Shown here: piece after piece, positions 8,850 through 18,068 of the stretch | Numbering within the stretch: position 1 is the stretch's first letter | Layout: each line of letters opens with the position of its first letter | DNA from: Elainellaceae cyanobacterium | Lineage (GTDB): Bacteria > Cyanobacteriota > Cyanobacteriia > CAZCXK01 | Length of the DNA stretch: 26,447 nt | Assembly: GCA_051117555.1 (NCBI GenBank) | Contig: JBNPEG010000212.1 | Span: 8,150 to 34,596, forward strand | Direction: 5' to 3' | Notes under the pieces: generated by a model | The model's input: the letters and a program-made list of their open reading frames with translations, nothing else | The model's database searches: none | Told to the model about the DNA's origin: nothing | Translations under genes and position numbers: made by a program

Positions 8850-10169
8850 TTATTCTAATGTGCCGTGTTCGAGTCGAGTTTTAGCGAACGAAAGCGCGTC
8901 GTCTGCACTGGCAATTTTACCTTCTGCACGGGCAATTTGAATGGCTTCGAGTAAATGTCCGACTTGAGGACCTGGCGGAATGTCTAGTTTAGTCATCAAG
9001 TCTCGACCGCTCAGCAGCGGATGAGGATGGGCAATTGGGTCATCTTTATCGAGAAATCGAGACACGATGGGGGCGATCGCCTCGGTTGATCTGCCAAGCG
9101 CAACGGCTAAGACGGCAGCAGCCGGAAGCGTCACACCGACGGTCTGGAAAAAGAAATATAAATCTCGCCGTGACAGGTAAGGGAGCGTATCTGTAGAAAG
9201 TTGAGGCATCACGCGCAGCAGGGTCAGAACAGCGTGAACTTCGGCCCGGCTATATTTTAGTCGCCAAAGTTCATGCTCAGCCTCGTCAATGTCATCAGAC
9301 ACAAGTTGAGTCAGTTTTGCGATTTTGAGCCAGTTGCGTTGACTTGCTGAGGCTTTTTGCTGGTCGCGAATCCAGCTTTTCAAGACCTCATCAAATTTAG
9401 GCATTGATGCGCTCAGTGATGCGGCAGATTGATCAATCTGGGCAACACGCTGAAGCCTTTCCTGGGTGATATGAGGTAACCAGTGTTTGAGCAAGCCATC
9501 TTGCCAGGCGAGCATCAGCATTCCAGTGCCATCGGGAGTACTGAGCAGATAACTCACCTCAGACTGAACCCGTTCAGGTGCCACATTCTGTAGTAAGCCA
9601 GCAAGATTTTGAATAGCAGCGCGAGTTTGAGACTCGACGCGAAACCCAAGCTGAGCAGCCTGACGATACGCTCGTAACAGGCGCAGAGGGTCTTCCTCCA
9701 GATTTTCGCGAGACACCATCCGAATCAGCCCTTGATTGATATCACTGTGTCCCTGAAGCGGGTCGAGGAGGGTTTCTGTCTGGGGGTGATAGGCGATCGC
9801 ATTGACGGTAAAATCTCGCCGATAGAGATCGGATTCCAACGTAGGACCCACCTGTTGAGCAAAGTCTGCCGTGGCCTGCTCAAACACGACACGGGCGATT
9901 TTGCGATCGGCATCCAGCAACACAAACCCAGCGCGATAATATCGGGCGATCGCCTGAGCTGTCTCGACTGCCCCCAAGGGCATCACAAAATCTAGGTCTA
10001 GATAATCAGCATGGCGACCGAGTAGGGCATCACGAACATTTCCGCCGACGAGATACGTCGCCACGGGCAGCCACTCTAAATCAAATGGCCACCGCCGCGG
10101 AGACAGGACACTAGACGGCACGACGTCAGGGCAGCAATCAGAATCTTGATCAAAATTCGTTGTCGGCAA
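8850..10169 (-). CDS. cca: Class II tRNA nucleotidyltransferase, probably the CC-adding enzyme
   Basis: Motifs YLVGGNVRDALLG...DLDF, DLYRRDFTVNAIA, EDPLRLLRAYR and C-terminal LLSGRDLM...PGPQVG. The start codon is uncertain (TTG 10169 or a later GTG). Confidence 0.9.
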   Translation of the reverse strand: MPTTNFDQDSDCCPDVVPSSVLSPRRWPFDLEWLPVATYLVGGNVRDALLGRHADYLDLDFVMPLGAVETAQAIARYYRAGFVLLDADRKIARVVFEQATADFAQQVGPTLESDLYRRDFTVNAIAYHPQTETLLDPLQGHSDINQGLIRMVSRENLEEDPLRLLRAYRQAAQLGFRVESQTRAAIQNLAGLLQNVAPERVQSEVSYLLSTPDGTGMLMLAWQDGLLKHWLPHITQERLQRVAQIDQSAASLSASMPKFDEVLKSWIRDQQKASASQRNWLKIAKLTQLVSDDIDEAEHELWRLKYSRAEVHAVLTLLRVMPQLSTDTLPYLSRRDLYFFFQTVGVTLPAAAVLAVALGRSTEAIAPIVSRFLDKDDPIAHPHPLLSGRDLMTKLDIPPGPQVGHLLEAIQIARAEGKIASADDALSFAKTRLEHGTLE

Positions 10170-10563
10170 GTCAGTATTGCTCAGAATAATAAACTGTCTA
10201 ATAACAAGCGTAGCCCAATGACTATAACGGTTCTTTGTACAGTGGAAAACCGTCTCGGGCAGGACTTAAGCTGACGAGAGTTTTTAATATCGCATGTCTT
10301 GGGGAAGAATCCTCCTGGGTCGTTTGGGCATCATGATATAAGCTCACTACCTGACCTGTCTGGTTTATCCAGAACGATATGCTGTTGTTTGATCGAGAAA
10401 GTGACAGTTTGAGGATTTAAGGAACTGATATCGCAAATCTGCATCAAAGTAATCAAGTCCATATGACACAAGTCGCCAAAATTCTTCTGTGTTGCTGGAT
10501 GGTTGCCCCCTTATTAGGACAATCGCATCTTGAGACTCAAGGAACTGTTTAAGAATCACAGGT

Positions 10564-12375
10564 ATGCCTGATTTTGTCACTCAGTCACGCGATGTTCGAG
10601 TTGGGACAACCGTTTCGCCTTCGAAGCAACGTATCGTAACTCAGCCCCAATCGGTGCTAATTCGGGGCGATCGCTTCCTGCCCAATGATCCGCTCTTTGG
10701 CAACCAGTGGCATTTGCTCAATCGCGGTCAAACGGGCGGGACACCCGGAGCCGATGCCAATCTTGAAGCCGCTTGGGATACTGCTTTGGGGACAGGCGTG
10801 GTCATCGGCATTGTCGATGACGGGGTTCAGTATACTCATCCCGATCTGGCCAGTCAGTATCGACCCGATTTAAGCTTTGACTTTAACGACGCCGATGCCG
10901 ATCCACGTCCGAATAATTCATTTGAGTTTCACGGTACTTCAGTCGCAGGTATTGCCGTAGCAACCGGGCAAAATGGCATCGGCGTCAGCGGAGCTGCGCC
11001 GGGTGCTTCATTGGCAGGTATTCGGCTGACGGCTGCCCCGACGACTGACACTACGGAAGCCCAAGCATTATTGTTTCGCAATCAAGACATCGATATCTAT
11101 AACAACAGTTGGGGTCCCTCTGACGATGCCAAGCGGCTTGAAGGCCCTGGAGATTTGACCCTTGCTGCATTAAGACACGGCATTGCTACTGGACGAGGCG
11201 GGCTTGGCTCTATCTACGTGTGGGCAGCCGGAAACGGCTTGCAAAACGGCGATAATGTTAACTACGACGGATACGCTAATTCCCGCTTTACCATTGCTGT
11301 ATCTGCCATTGACCACAATGGGGTGCAGGCATACTACAGTGAGCCTGGGGCTCCCATCTTAGTAGCGGCCTACTCAGATGGGTATGACGTGGGCATCACG
11401 ACGACCGATCTGGTAGGCAGCGATGGCAGAAATTTGGATGGAAACTACACCAATGAGTTTGGTGGAACGTCATCCTCAACACCCCTAGTGTCCGGGGTCA
11501 TCGCACTGATGCTGGAGGTCAATCCAAATTTGACCTGGCGTGATGTTCAGCACATTTTAGTTGAAACAGCAAAACCAACGGATCCCCTTGACCTCGGTTG
11601 GACCACCAACGGCGCCGGACACGAGATTAATCATCAGTATGGGTTTGGTGCGATTGATGCCGCTGCTGCCGTTGATGCCGCGATTAGCTGGACATCCGTT
11701 GAACCAGAAATGATGACCACCACAGGACGATTGCCCATTGGCGCAACGATTCCAGACAACCAGTTGACGGGGATTCGTTCAACGGTGGCGATCGCCCAGG
11801 ATATTACGGTTGAATGGGCCGAAGTTGTCTTTGATGCCACCCACCCGATCCGGGGAGATTTAAAGGTCACGCTGACCTCTCCTGACGGTACCGATTCAAT
11901 TCTGACCGATATTCATAGCGATTCGAATGACGACTTTGAAAATTGGACACTTACCTCAGCCCGTCACTGGGGAGAATCATCTGCTGGCAACTGGACGCTA
12001 ACGGTCGCCGATGGATTTGCGGGCGAAATCGGCACATGGGATTCATGGCAGCTTAACCTGTATGGAACGGGCGATCGCCTCTTAGGGAGTTCACGAAATA
12101 GTCCGCTGGTCGGTGGAGCAAGTAGCGATCGCCTCACCACCTATGGGTCGACATCCTCAACATTGGCTTCAACGACGCCTCGGATGCGACAATCTCCTGA
12201 TTTGAACCTGAGTTCGAACAGAGATGCGAATAAACCACTCACTGAGATGAGCAGGGATGACATCCACGGCTCTGAAATCAGCGTTTCCCAAAGCTCAACC
12301 CGTGTAACGAATCCACTTGAGCCTGACTTAGCCGTCTTTCAACCGATTCAGCCTCCGCCATTAATCGAGGCGTAA
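10564..12375 (+). CDS. S8 subtilase, kexin/furin-like, with a proprotein-convertase P domain
   Basis: Catalytic triad GIVDDG, HGTSVAG and GGTSSSTP; oxyanion AAGNG; NPNLTWRDVQH; P domain RGDL...LTSPDGT...HWGESSAGNWTL. Confidence 0.93.
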   Translation: MPDFVTQSRDVRVGTTVSPSKQRIVTQPQSVLIRGDRFLPNDPLFGNQWHLLNRGQTGGTPGADANLEAAWDTALGTGVVIGIVDDGVQYTHPDLASQYRPDLSFDFNDADADPRPNNSFEFHGTSVAGIAVATGQNGIGVSGAAPGASLAGIRLTAAPTTDTTEAQALLFRNQDIDIYNNSWGPSDDAKRLEGPGDLTLAALRHGIATGRGGLGSIYVWAAGNGLQNGDNVNYDGYANSRFTIAVSAIDHNGVQAYYSEPGAPILVAAYSDGYDVGITTTDLVGSDGRNLDGNYTNEFGGTSSSTPLVSGVIALMLEVNPNLTWRDVQHILVETAKPTDPLDLGWTTNGAGHEINHQYGFGAIDAAAAVDAAISWTSVEPEMMTTTGRLPIGATIPDNQLTGIRSTVAIAQDITVEWAEVVFDATHPIRGDLKVTLTSPDGTDSILTDIHSDSNDDFENWTLTSARHWGESSAGNWTLTVADGFAGEIGTWDSWQLNLYGTGDRLLGSSRNSPLVGGASSDRLTTYGSTSSTLASTTPRMRQSPDLNLSSNRDANKPLTEMSRDDIHGSEISVSQSSTRVTNPLEPDLAVFQPIQPPPLIEA

Positions 12376-12408
12376 TTCAAAGCGTCCTTTCGGAATATCC
12401 ACGGTTCC

Positions 12409-14139
12409 TCATCTCTGGCCATCGGGGCGAATACTCCGATATCGATCGACGCGAATTTCTTCTAGCACTTGATATACTTGCTGATCCGGCACTCCCATCG
12501 TCATCAGCACATGAGCCCCCAATTCGAGAGCCGCTTCGAACTCAGGTTGTACGACTTCTCTAGCACCCAGTTGGGTTAACAGGTCAATTTCTCGATCGGT
12601 GTGCGATCGCGCGATGATGTCGAGATCCGGGGCGATCGCCAATGCTCGTTGCAGCAAAATCCGCGTGCTGGCTGGGTCAGGCAGGGCGATCGCCAATGCT
12701 TTGGCAGCTTCTAAGTGAGCTTTTTCGAGCACCAGCTCAGCATCCGCATCACCAAAGATGAATGGAATTCGCTGCAACCGAAGTTTTTGAATGGCGGCCT
12801 CACTATTCTCGATAACCAGGAGCGGATATCCTTGGCTTTGCAAAATGTTGACAATAACCTGCCCAACCCGCCCAAATCCGGCAACCACCACGTGATCGTG
12901 AATACTTTCCGGGACGGTCAATAGTTTGGGTTCCTCAAGCCGTTTGAGAAAGGTGCTAAGAATCGGAACTTCTAAGAGCTTTTCTCCAAGCGGGAACGAC
13001 AGTTTTACCCAGACGGGCGTCAACAGCAGCGTGATCGCGGTCGTACCTACCAGCAGCAGATACTTGTTTTCACTGATGAGCCCCAATTCCTCGCCAACTA
13101 CCGCTAAAACAAACGAAAATTCTCCAATCTGATTTAGCCCAAAGCTAGTAATCACAGCCGTCTTAAACGAATATCCAAACCGGATGATGATTGGCAAAAT
13201 AATAGCGGATTTGCCAATCATTACCACCGCCACTAATTCCAAAATAATTACGATGTTTTGAGCCAGGATAACGGGGTCGATGAGCATGCCAATCGACGCA
13301 AAAAACAGACTGGCAAAGGTGTCTCGTAGAGGCAAGACCTTCGCTAAAGCATGATCGGAATAGTCGACCTCAGAAAGCATCAGCCCCGCCACGAATGCGC
13401 CCATCTCGATCGACAGCCCAAGCCCCGCGGTGATCAGAGCCACGCCTAAGCACAACGCAATTGTGGTCAGCAAGAAAAGTTCGCTATTCTCAGTTGCCGC
13501 AACAGCCCGAATGAGCCTCGGCACGATCCATTTGCCAAAGGCGATCGCCCCCCCTAAAAACAGCAGCACCTTGAGCAACGCATTCGCCAATGCCCAGCCG
13601 AGGTTTTCAGGCTGATTCAGCGCTGGCAGAATCGCCAGCATGACTCCCAACGCCAAATCTTGAGCGATTAAAATTGCCAGCATGATTTGACCGTGAAGCG
13701 TGCTGGTTTCACCTCGTTCGGTCAAGGTCTTAAGAACGACGGCTGTAGATGACAATGACAAGACTGCGCCTAAAAAAATGCCCTGTGTCACGCTAGTTGC
13801 CCAACCAAATGCCAGCGATATCACCGCAACTAACGTCATGGTTAATCCGATTTGCAGCAAACTTCCTTGCAGGGCAATATCTTTGACTCGTTTCAGTTCG
13901 GTAATTGAAAACTCGACGCCTAACGCAAATAGCAAAAAGGCAATGCCGATTTCTGCGAGGGCTTGCACTTGCGCAACATCGCTTAGCAGCTTAAACCCAT
14001 GGGGTCCAACTAATAATCCGCTCAGTATGTAACCCAGCAGAACGGGCTGGCGCAGCCGATTGGAAAGGTAGCCCCCCACTGCTGAAGCTCCTAAAACAAT
14101 CGTTAAATCAAGAATGAATGCGTGTTCTGCGGCTGCCAT
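12409..14139 (-). CDS. CPA2 cation:proton antiporter (Kef/YbaL-like) with C-terminal TrkA-N (KTN) domain
   Basis: Many transmembrane segments; LFALGVEFS, SLSSTAVVLK, QDLA, FFASIGM, QIGEFSFVL; KTN motif VVAGFGRVG...GDA. Confidence 0.93.
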   Translation of the reverse strand: MAAAEHAFILDLTIVLGASAVGGYLSNRLRQPVLLGYILSGLLVGPHGFKLLSDVAQVQALAEIGIAFLLFALGVEFSITELKRVKDIALQGSLLQIGLTMTLVAVISLAFGWATSVTQGIFLGAVLSLSSTAVVLKTLTERGETSTLHGQIMLAILIAQDLALGVMLAILPALNQPENLGWALANALLKVLLFLGGAIAFGKWIVPRLIRAVAATENSELFLLTTIALCLGVALITAGLGLSIEMGAFVAGLMLSEVDYSDHALAKVLPLRDTFASLFFASIGMLIDPVILAQNIVIILELVAVVMIGKSAIILPIIIRFGYSFKTAVITSFGLNQIGEFSFVLAVVGEELGLISENKYLLLVGTTAITLLLTPVWVKLSFPLGEKLLEVPILSTFLKRLEEPKLLTVPESIHDHVVVAGFGRVGQVIVNILQSQGYPLLVIENSEAAIQKLRLQRIPFIFGDADAELVLEKAHLEAAKALAIALPDPASTRILLQRALAIAPDLDIIARSHTDREIDLLTQLGAREVVQPEFEAALELGAHVLMTMGVPDQQVYQVLEEIRVDRYRSIRPDGQR

Positions 14140-14988
14140 TCGGCGTGGGGCTCATGTGACATGTTTTTCCTATTCTTACCCGATTCCCTCAATTCAGTCT
14201 GGTTTATAAGACATAGATTAACTATGCTCGCAGACTCTACTCGGGCTTAGCACTGACGTTGAGCCACCGTTTGCACAACCGCATCTGTTAAATAAGGGAG
14301 GTGCTGTTGCAGCTCAGACTGGAGGTGAGTGGCCACTAAGCGGATCGGGCGATCGCCATTGGTGATGTTTTCTAGAAACCCCATACCCGTCATAGCACCC
14401 CACTCAACATCGTCACCCACTCTCGAACTCATGGCGAATCATGGCAACCGCATGAGCGAATCCTAGACCCCTTGCAGAGTCCTCTGAGCATAGAAGTCGA
14501 ACGCGTTTGAAACTGTAGCGAATGCTGCTACATCTGATCCTAGAAACTTGGTAAGACTTCTGCTAATCGTGAGGAGTGAACACGCGTATGAACTGGAAGC
14601 GTCTTATTGGTGAGTTCGGATGATTTTTCAAACCATCATGCTCGTGTTGTCACTGAAACGCTTTATCAACATGCCCATGATTTGATGACTCGCTCGGATT
14701 TGGATTTAACGACACCCTCAACAGACTTTCAAATTGCAATTCATCCGGCGATCGCCATCTCCCAATAGCAATTCATGTATATAATAATGCGCCCGAAAAT
14801 GTCTAACTTAGGCGCAGAACGAGACAGCACCTCCATGCATCTGGGCATCATTGGTGTGGCTAATTTTCTGGATTGCTGATGAGCAAATGACGGCTCAATA
14901 TAAAAGCCAACACTTAAAAGATTGAGTATTAGGGATTTATATTGATGCGATTTCCAAGTGTATTGTTATCAACTCGAAACGTTATCTC

Positions 14989-15002
14989 GTATCAAACGAT
15001 AC
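14989..15002. promoter_or_regulatory. Possible NtcA-type site GTA-N8-TAC
   Basis: GTATCAAACGATAC matches the consensus and has GTATC/GATAC arms. No -10 box was found at the canonical spacing. Confidence 0.3.
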
Positions 15003-15399
15003 CTATGCAGGTGGGAGGCGGGGATCAAATGATACATGTTCTCAGAGAGAATGATATCCATTAGGAAGTGATTGAACATATCGCCCTGATTTTCTTTATT
15101 TCAATGCCTGATCCCGTCTGAATCGTAGACTAGTTTTATTCTATTTGGTGTTGTTCGAAACAATTCAATAATTATTAACAAACGACTAAGCGCAACATCA
15201 TTAATTCCTTTATATAAATTATGGGGGATATCCCCCATTGTGATCTAATTAGATATCTGCAATTCTTAGCATGGTAGTAAGGAGTTTTAGCTCAATCAAG
15301 TCAAGCATTTTGTATCTCCAAAGACAGATAAAAAGCAACTAGGATTTGTCTACAGTAATGATTAAGAATCCCTTTAACAACCCCTCGTTGAGTAACGCT

Positions 15400-15588
15400 A
15401 TGAATACATGTCCTTGCTGCTCTGACCAGTTGCTTCGACACGCACGTCAAAACGCAATTTATTGGTTTTGTCCCCATTGTCGACAAGAAATGCCGAATCT
15501 TTCTGCCGCCGTTGTTGCGCGTCGCGATCGCCCCAGCCCTATCGAAACATTGGTTGCTGAATCGTTTGACTTGGCTCATAGACTTTAG
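15400..15588 (+). CDS. Small cyanobacterial Zn-ribbon hypothetical protein
   Basis: MNTCPCCSDQLLRHARQNAIYWFCPHCRQEMP has two CxxC pairs and the LLRH...YWFC...QEMP pattern. ATG 15400 is preferred. Confidence 0.8.
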   Translation: MNTCPCCSDQLLRHARQNAIYWFCPHCRQEMPNLSAAVVARRDRPSPIETLVAESFDLAHRL

Positions 15589-15714
15589 TTTGACGGTCAC
15601 ATTTATCATCTCAAGACGCGCGATCGCTCGGTCTGCATTACTTGCGTTACATCATTTCAAGAGTAACGAAGCGATAGTAATAAGGCAGAAAGGGCGATCG
15701 CTTATTCTGTATTC

Positions 15715-17058
15715 CTAGAAGATAAACCTCAATTTCAGATGCCAATGGCGGCGTTGCTCATCGCGAATCAACACAATTTGACGAATAAATTCCCGAAAAT
15801 AAAAGCGTCGTTCTGCTTCTGATAAATCAAACCAAAACTGAGGAATTGATACTGTTTGGGCGATCGCCTTTAAATTAGCAGGAGGCAATTGAGCAAGGCG
15901 AGACTGAATCGCTGCAATCTCAGTCCGCACCGTATAGGCGCGCAACGCTGCGGTTTGTTCATCGAGCACGCCCGATTCGACCAGAGTTGGAATTTGTTCT
16001 AGAATCGCTTGTTTTGCCTCAATCTGTTTAGCTAAACCTTGCTTAATACCTTCTATATCCGGCATTTCAGACTCTGCGACTGCGCGAGGCAAATCGTCGC
16101 AAATGCGTTGAATGGTTTGATCTAGAATTTGCTGGTAGGGAATCGCCCGACATGCCGTGCCGCCAGAGGGGGAGGAAGCAGAGGAGCGTGTTGTACCAAA
16201 CGGACACGCAACCGGACGCAAATAGAGATACTCCTGAGTTTTTCGGCGTGCTGTCACTCGTGACACCTTCATCGCAGACCCGCAGCGATCGCACGTCACC
16301 AACCCCGCGAGCGAACGAGGCGCACTGGCTGCTCTGGGGGATAATGCCTGATTGCGGCGCAACAGTCGGTCAATCTGAGCTGCTTCGTCTCGCGACAAAA
16401 TCGCAACGTGCGTATTAGGCACGGTTTCTCCCGTTTGATAAATCAAATCGCCACGATAAACCGGGCTCGTTAGCCAGCGTTTCCCGGTCGACACGGAGAT
16501 GGTTTTGCTATATTTCTTTGCCAAATATCGAACGCTTCCGCGCAGCGACCCGTAGAGCAAAAAATGTTCAAAAAAATCTTTAACAATCGGAGCCGCTGTC
16601 CGATCGAGCGCATAGCGGTCTTTTCCTCGACGATATCCATAGGGGGCTTTGCCGGGAGGAGGCAACGCCTTGACTCGATTTTGAGCATGTCCAAGTTGAA
16701 TGCGTCGCTGTCGCTGTCGCTGCTGAATATCTCGCAAAAATCTCAGCATCTCCGATCGCGTCAGGGTGAGATTTTGCCCATCGATTTGAATCTCATCGTC
16801 AACGGCAATCAGACGTACGCCAAGCTGTTCAAATGCGGCAAGGCGATCGCTCACCGCCTCAAGCGATTCGCCTAACTCGTCAAACCGACGCACCAAAACC
16901 GTTTCAATTGATTGGCTACGGCAATCGCCTAGCAACTGCCGAAGCTGCTGACGCTGCCCCAAATCTTGATAGATATGCTCAACCTCACGTCCCCAGATTG
17001 TCGGAGGTGGCGGCGACTCGAGCAGCGGGTCGCTGTAGGAGTAGGCGACAGTAATCAC
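15715..17058 (-). CDS. Large serine recombinase-family protein with degenerate catalytic motifs
   Basis: Resolvase-like N-terminal domain, PPGKAPYGY recombinase domain, L-x-GL-x-x-CDRCG Zn ribbon, coiled coil, and ERRFYFREFIRQI. GTG 17058 avoids the overlap with the upstream gene that ATG 17139 would create. Confidence 0.88.
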   Translation of the reverse strand: MITVAYSYSDPLLESPPPPTIWGREVEHIYQDLGQRQQLRQLLGDCRSQSIETVLVRRFDELGESLEAVSDRLAAFEQLGVRLIAVDDEIQIDGQNLTLTRSEMLRFLRDIQQRQRQRRIQLGHAQNRVKALPPPGKAPYGYRRGKDRYALDRTAAPIVKDFFEHFLLYGSLRGSVRYLAKKYSKTISVSTGKRWLTSPVYRGDLIYQTGETVPNTHVAILSRDEAAQIDRLLRRNQALSPRAASAPRSLAGLVTCDRCGSAMKVSRVTARRKTQEYLYLRPVACPFGTTRSSASSPSGGTACRAIPYQQILDQTIQRICDDLPRAVAESEMPDIEGIKQGLAKQIEAKQAILEQIPTLVESGVLDEQTAALRAYTVRTEIAAIQSRLAQLPPANLKAIAQTVSIPQFWFDLSEAERRFYFREFIRQIVLIRDEQRRHWHLKLRFIF

Positions 17059-17087
17059 GAAAAAGAAGGGGTTATTGCAGCGATCGC

Positions 17088-17393
17088 CTATCGCCCATGT
17101 GTAGGACAGGGGGGAGCAGAAATGGAGCGATCGAGCCATCCAGTTGCTTGCTGGAGCCGAGCTAGGGCTTCATCCGATTGGTCGTTGATCAGATAGACTA
17201 GGGCGATCGCCGCTTGTTCGCGTGCTCGTGCACTGCGGTTTGATTTTAGCCGATGCCAATCATTGGGGGCGATCGCCAACCGTTCTGCCAGGGCTTGAGC
17301 AAGCTCTAGCGTGCTCACGTCTGCGAGACTGCTTGATTTCGGATTGACCAACGGATCGGAAATGAGGGGTTGCGTCTGAGAAGAATCAGGCAT
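17088..17393 (-). CDS. Conserved cyanobacterial hypothetical protein (DUF6439-like)
   Basis: LELAQALAERLAIAPNDWHRLK...ARLQQATGWLDRSISAPPCPTHG. The family name is from memory. Confidence 0.8.
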   Translation of the reverse strand: MPDSSQTQPLISDPLVNPKSSSLADVSTLELAQALAERLAIAPNDWHRLKSNRSARAREQAAIALVYLINDQSDEALARLQQATGWLDRSISAPPCPTHGR

Positions 17394-17473
17394 AGTAATC
17401 GTCTCGTGGGTATTCAGAATTAGTTGTCTATGTCAAACCCTGGAGTTTTCCTAATTAGGTGAACATAATTTTT

Positions 17474-17505
17474 GTAGGGTGTGTCATCGCCCTGCGTGAC
17501 TCACC
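17474..17505 (+). repeat. GTAG-type REP-like hairpin
   Basis: GTAG tetranucleotide followed by the imperfect palindrome GGTGTGTCA-TCGCCCTGCG-TGACTCACC. Confidence 0.5.
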
Positions 17506-17617
17506 GAAGTCTTGGTTGGAAGAATTTCAGGTCTAGTCATAGACAAGATTTATGCTAAAACTCGACAAAACTAAGCGTAGTTAAGTTAGCCTTGCCTCTC
17601 TACTTTACAATGTCGGC

Positions 17618-17998
17618 ATGAGTTCATCACAAGATTCCCCCTCGTCACCATCTGGCGCTCCTGATGCCGAGCAGCAAGAACTAGAGCGCGCTCTGCAAGA
17701 GACCGAAGAATCGCTTCAGGCTCTTAAAGAGCGCTATGTCAGCATTCAAGAGGCACAGCTCCGACAGCAAGAACTCAAAGTGCAGATCAATCGCACCCAA
17801 GGCGAACTGCGCCGACATCGCACAAAACAGCTTCGAGAGGAGCTAAAAGCCCTGCAAAATCAGCTTGACGATGTTGAAATTACTCTGGAGAGCCGATTGC
17901 TATCGTGGAGCAGCGTGAAGGAACCGTTTTGGCAAGCGGTGCGCTTTGGAGGGCTGGGGGTGGTGATTGGATGGGTGATTAAGGCGATCGCGGGTTAG
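17618..17998 (+). CDS. Conserved hypothetical coiled-coil protein with a C-terminal membrane anchor
   Basis: E/Q/L-rich heptads followed by LESRL...FWQAVRFGGLGVVIGWVIK. Confidence 0.82.
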   Translation: MSSSQDSPSSPSGAPDAEQQELERALQETEESLQALKERYVSIQEAQLRQQELKVQINRTQGELRRHRTKQLREELKALQNQLDDVEITLESRLLSWSSVKEPFWQAVRFGGLGVVIGWVIKAIAG

Positions 17999-18068
17999 TA
18001 AGGGTGAAATACGCATCGCGGATCTGCTATAAAACGGGCACAACCCTCTTCAAAATCCTTCGCTGCTC

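Noticed and set aside
14247..14432. 61-aa minus-strand ORF upstream of the antiporter
   Set aside because: No recognisable motif or RBS. It may be a gene remnant, but I cannot support that.
14880..15340. AT-rich region as a replication origin
   Set aside because: I saw no DnaA boxes (TT[A/T]TCCACA) and there are no dnaA/dnaN neighbours.
15301..15609. 102-aa minus-strand ORF
   Set aside because: It is antisense to the better-supported Zn-ribbon gene.
15715..17139. Recombinase as a prophage integrase or heterocyst-type excision element
   Set aside because: The catalytic motifs are degenerate, and there are no att-like repeats, no interrupted target gene and no phage genes.
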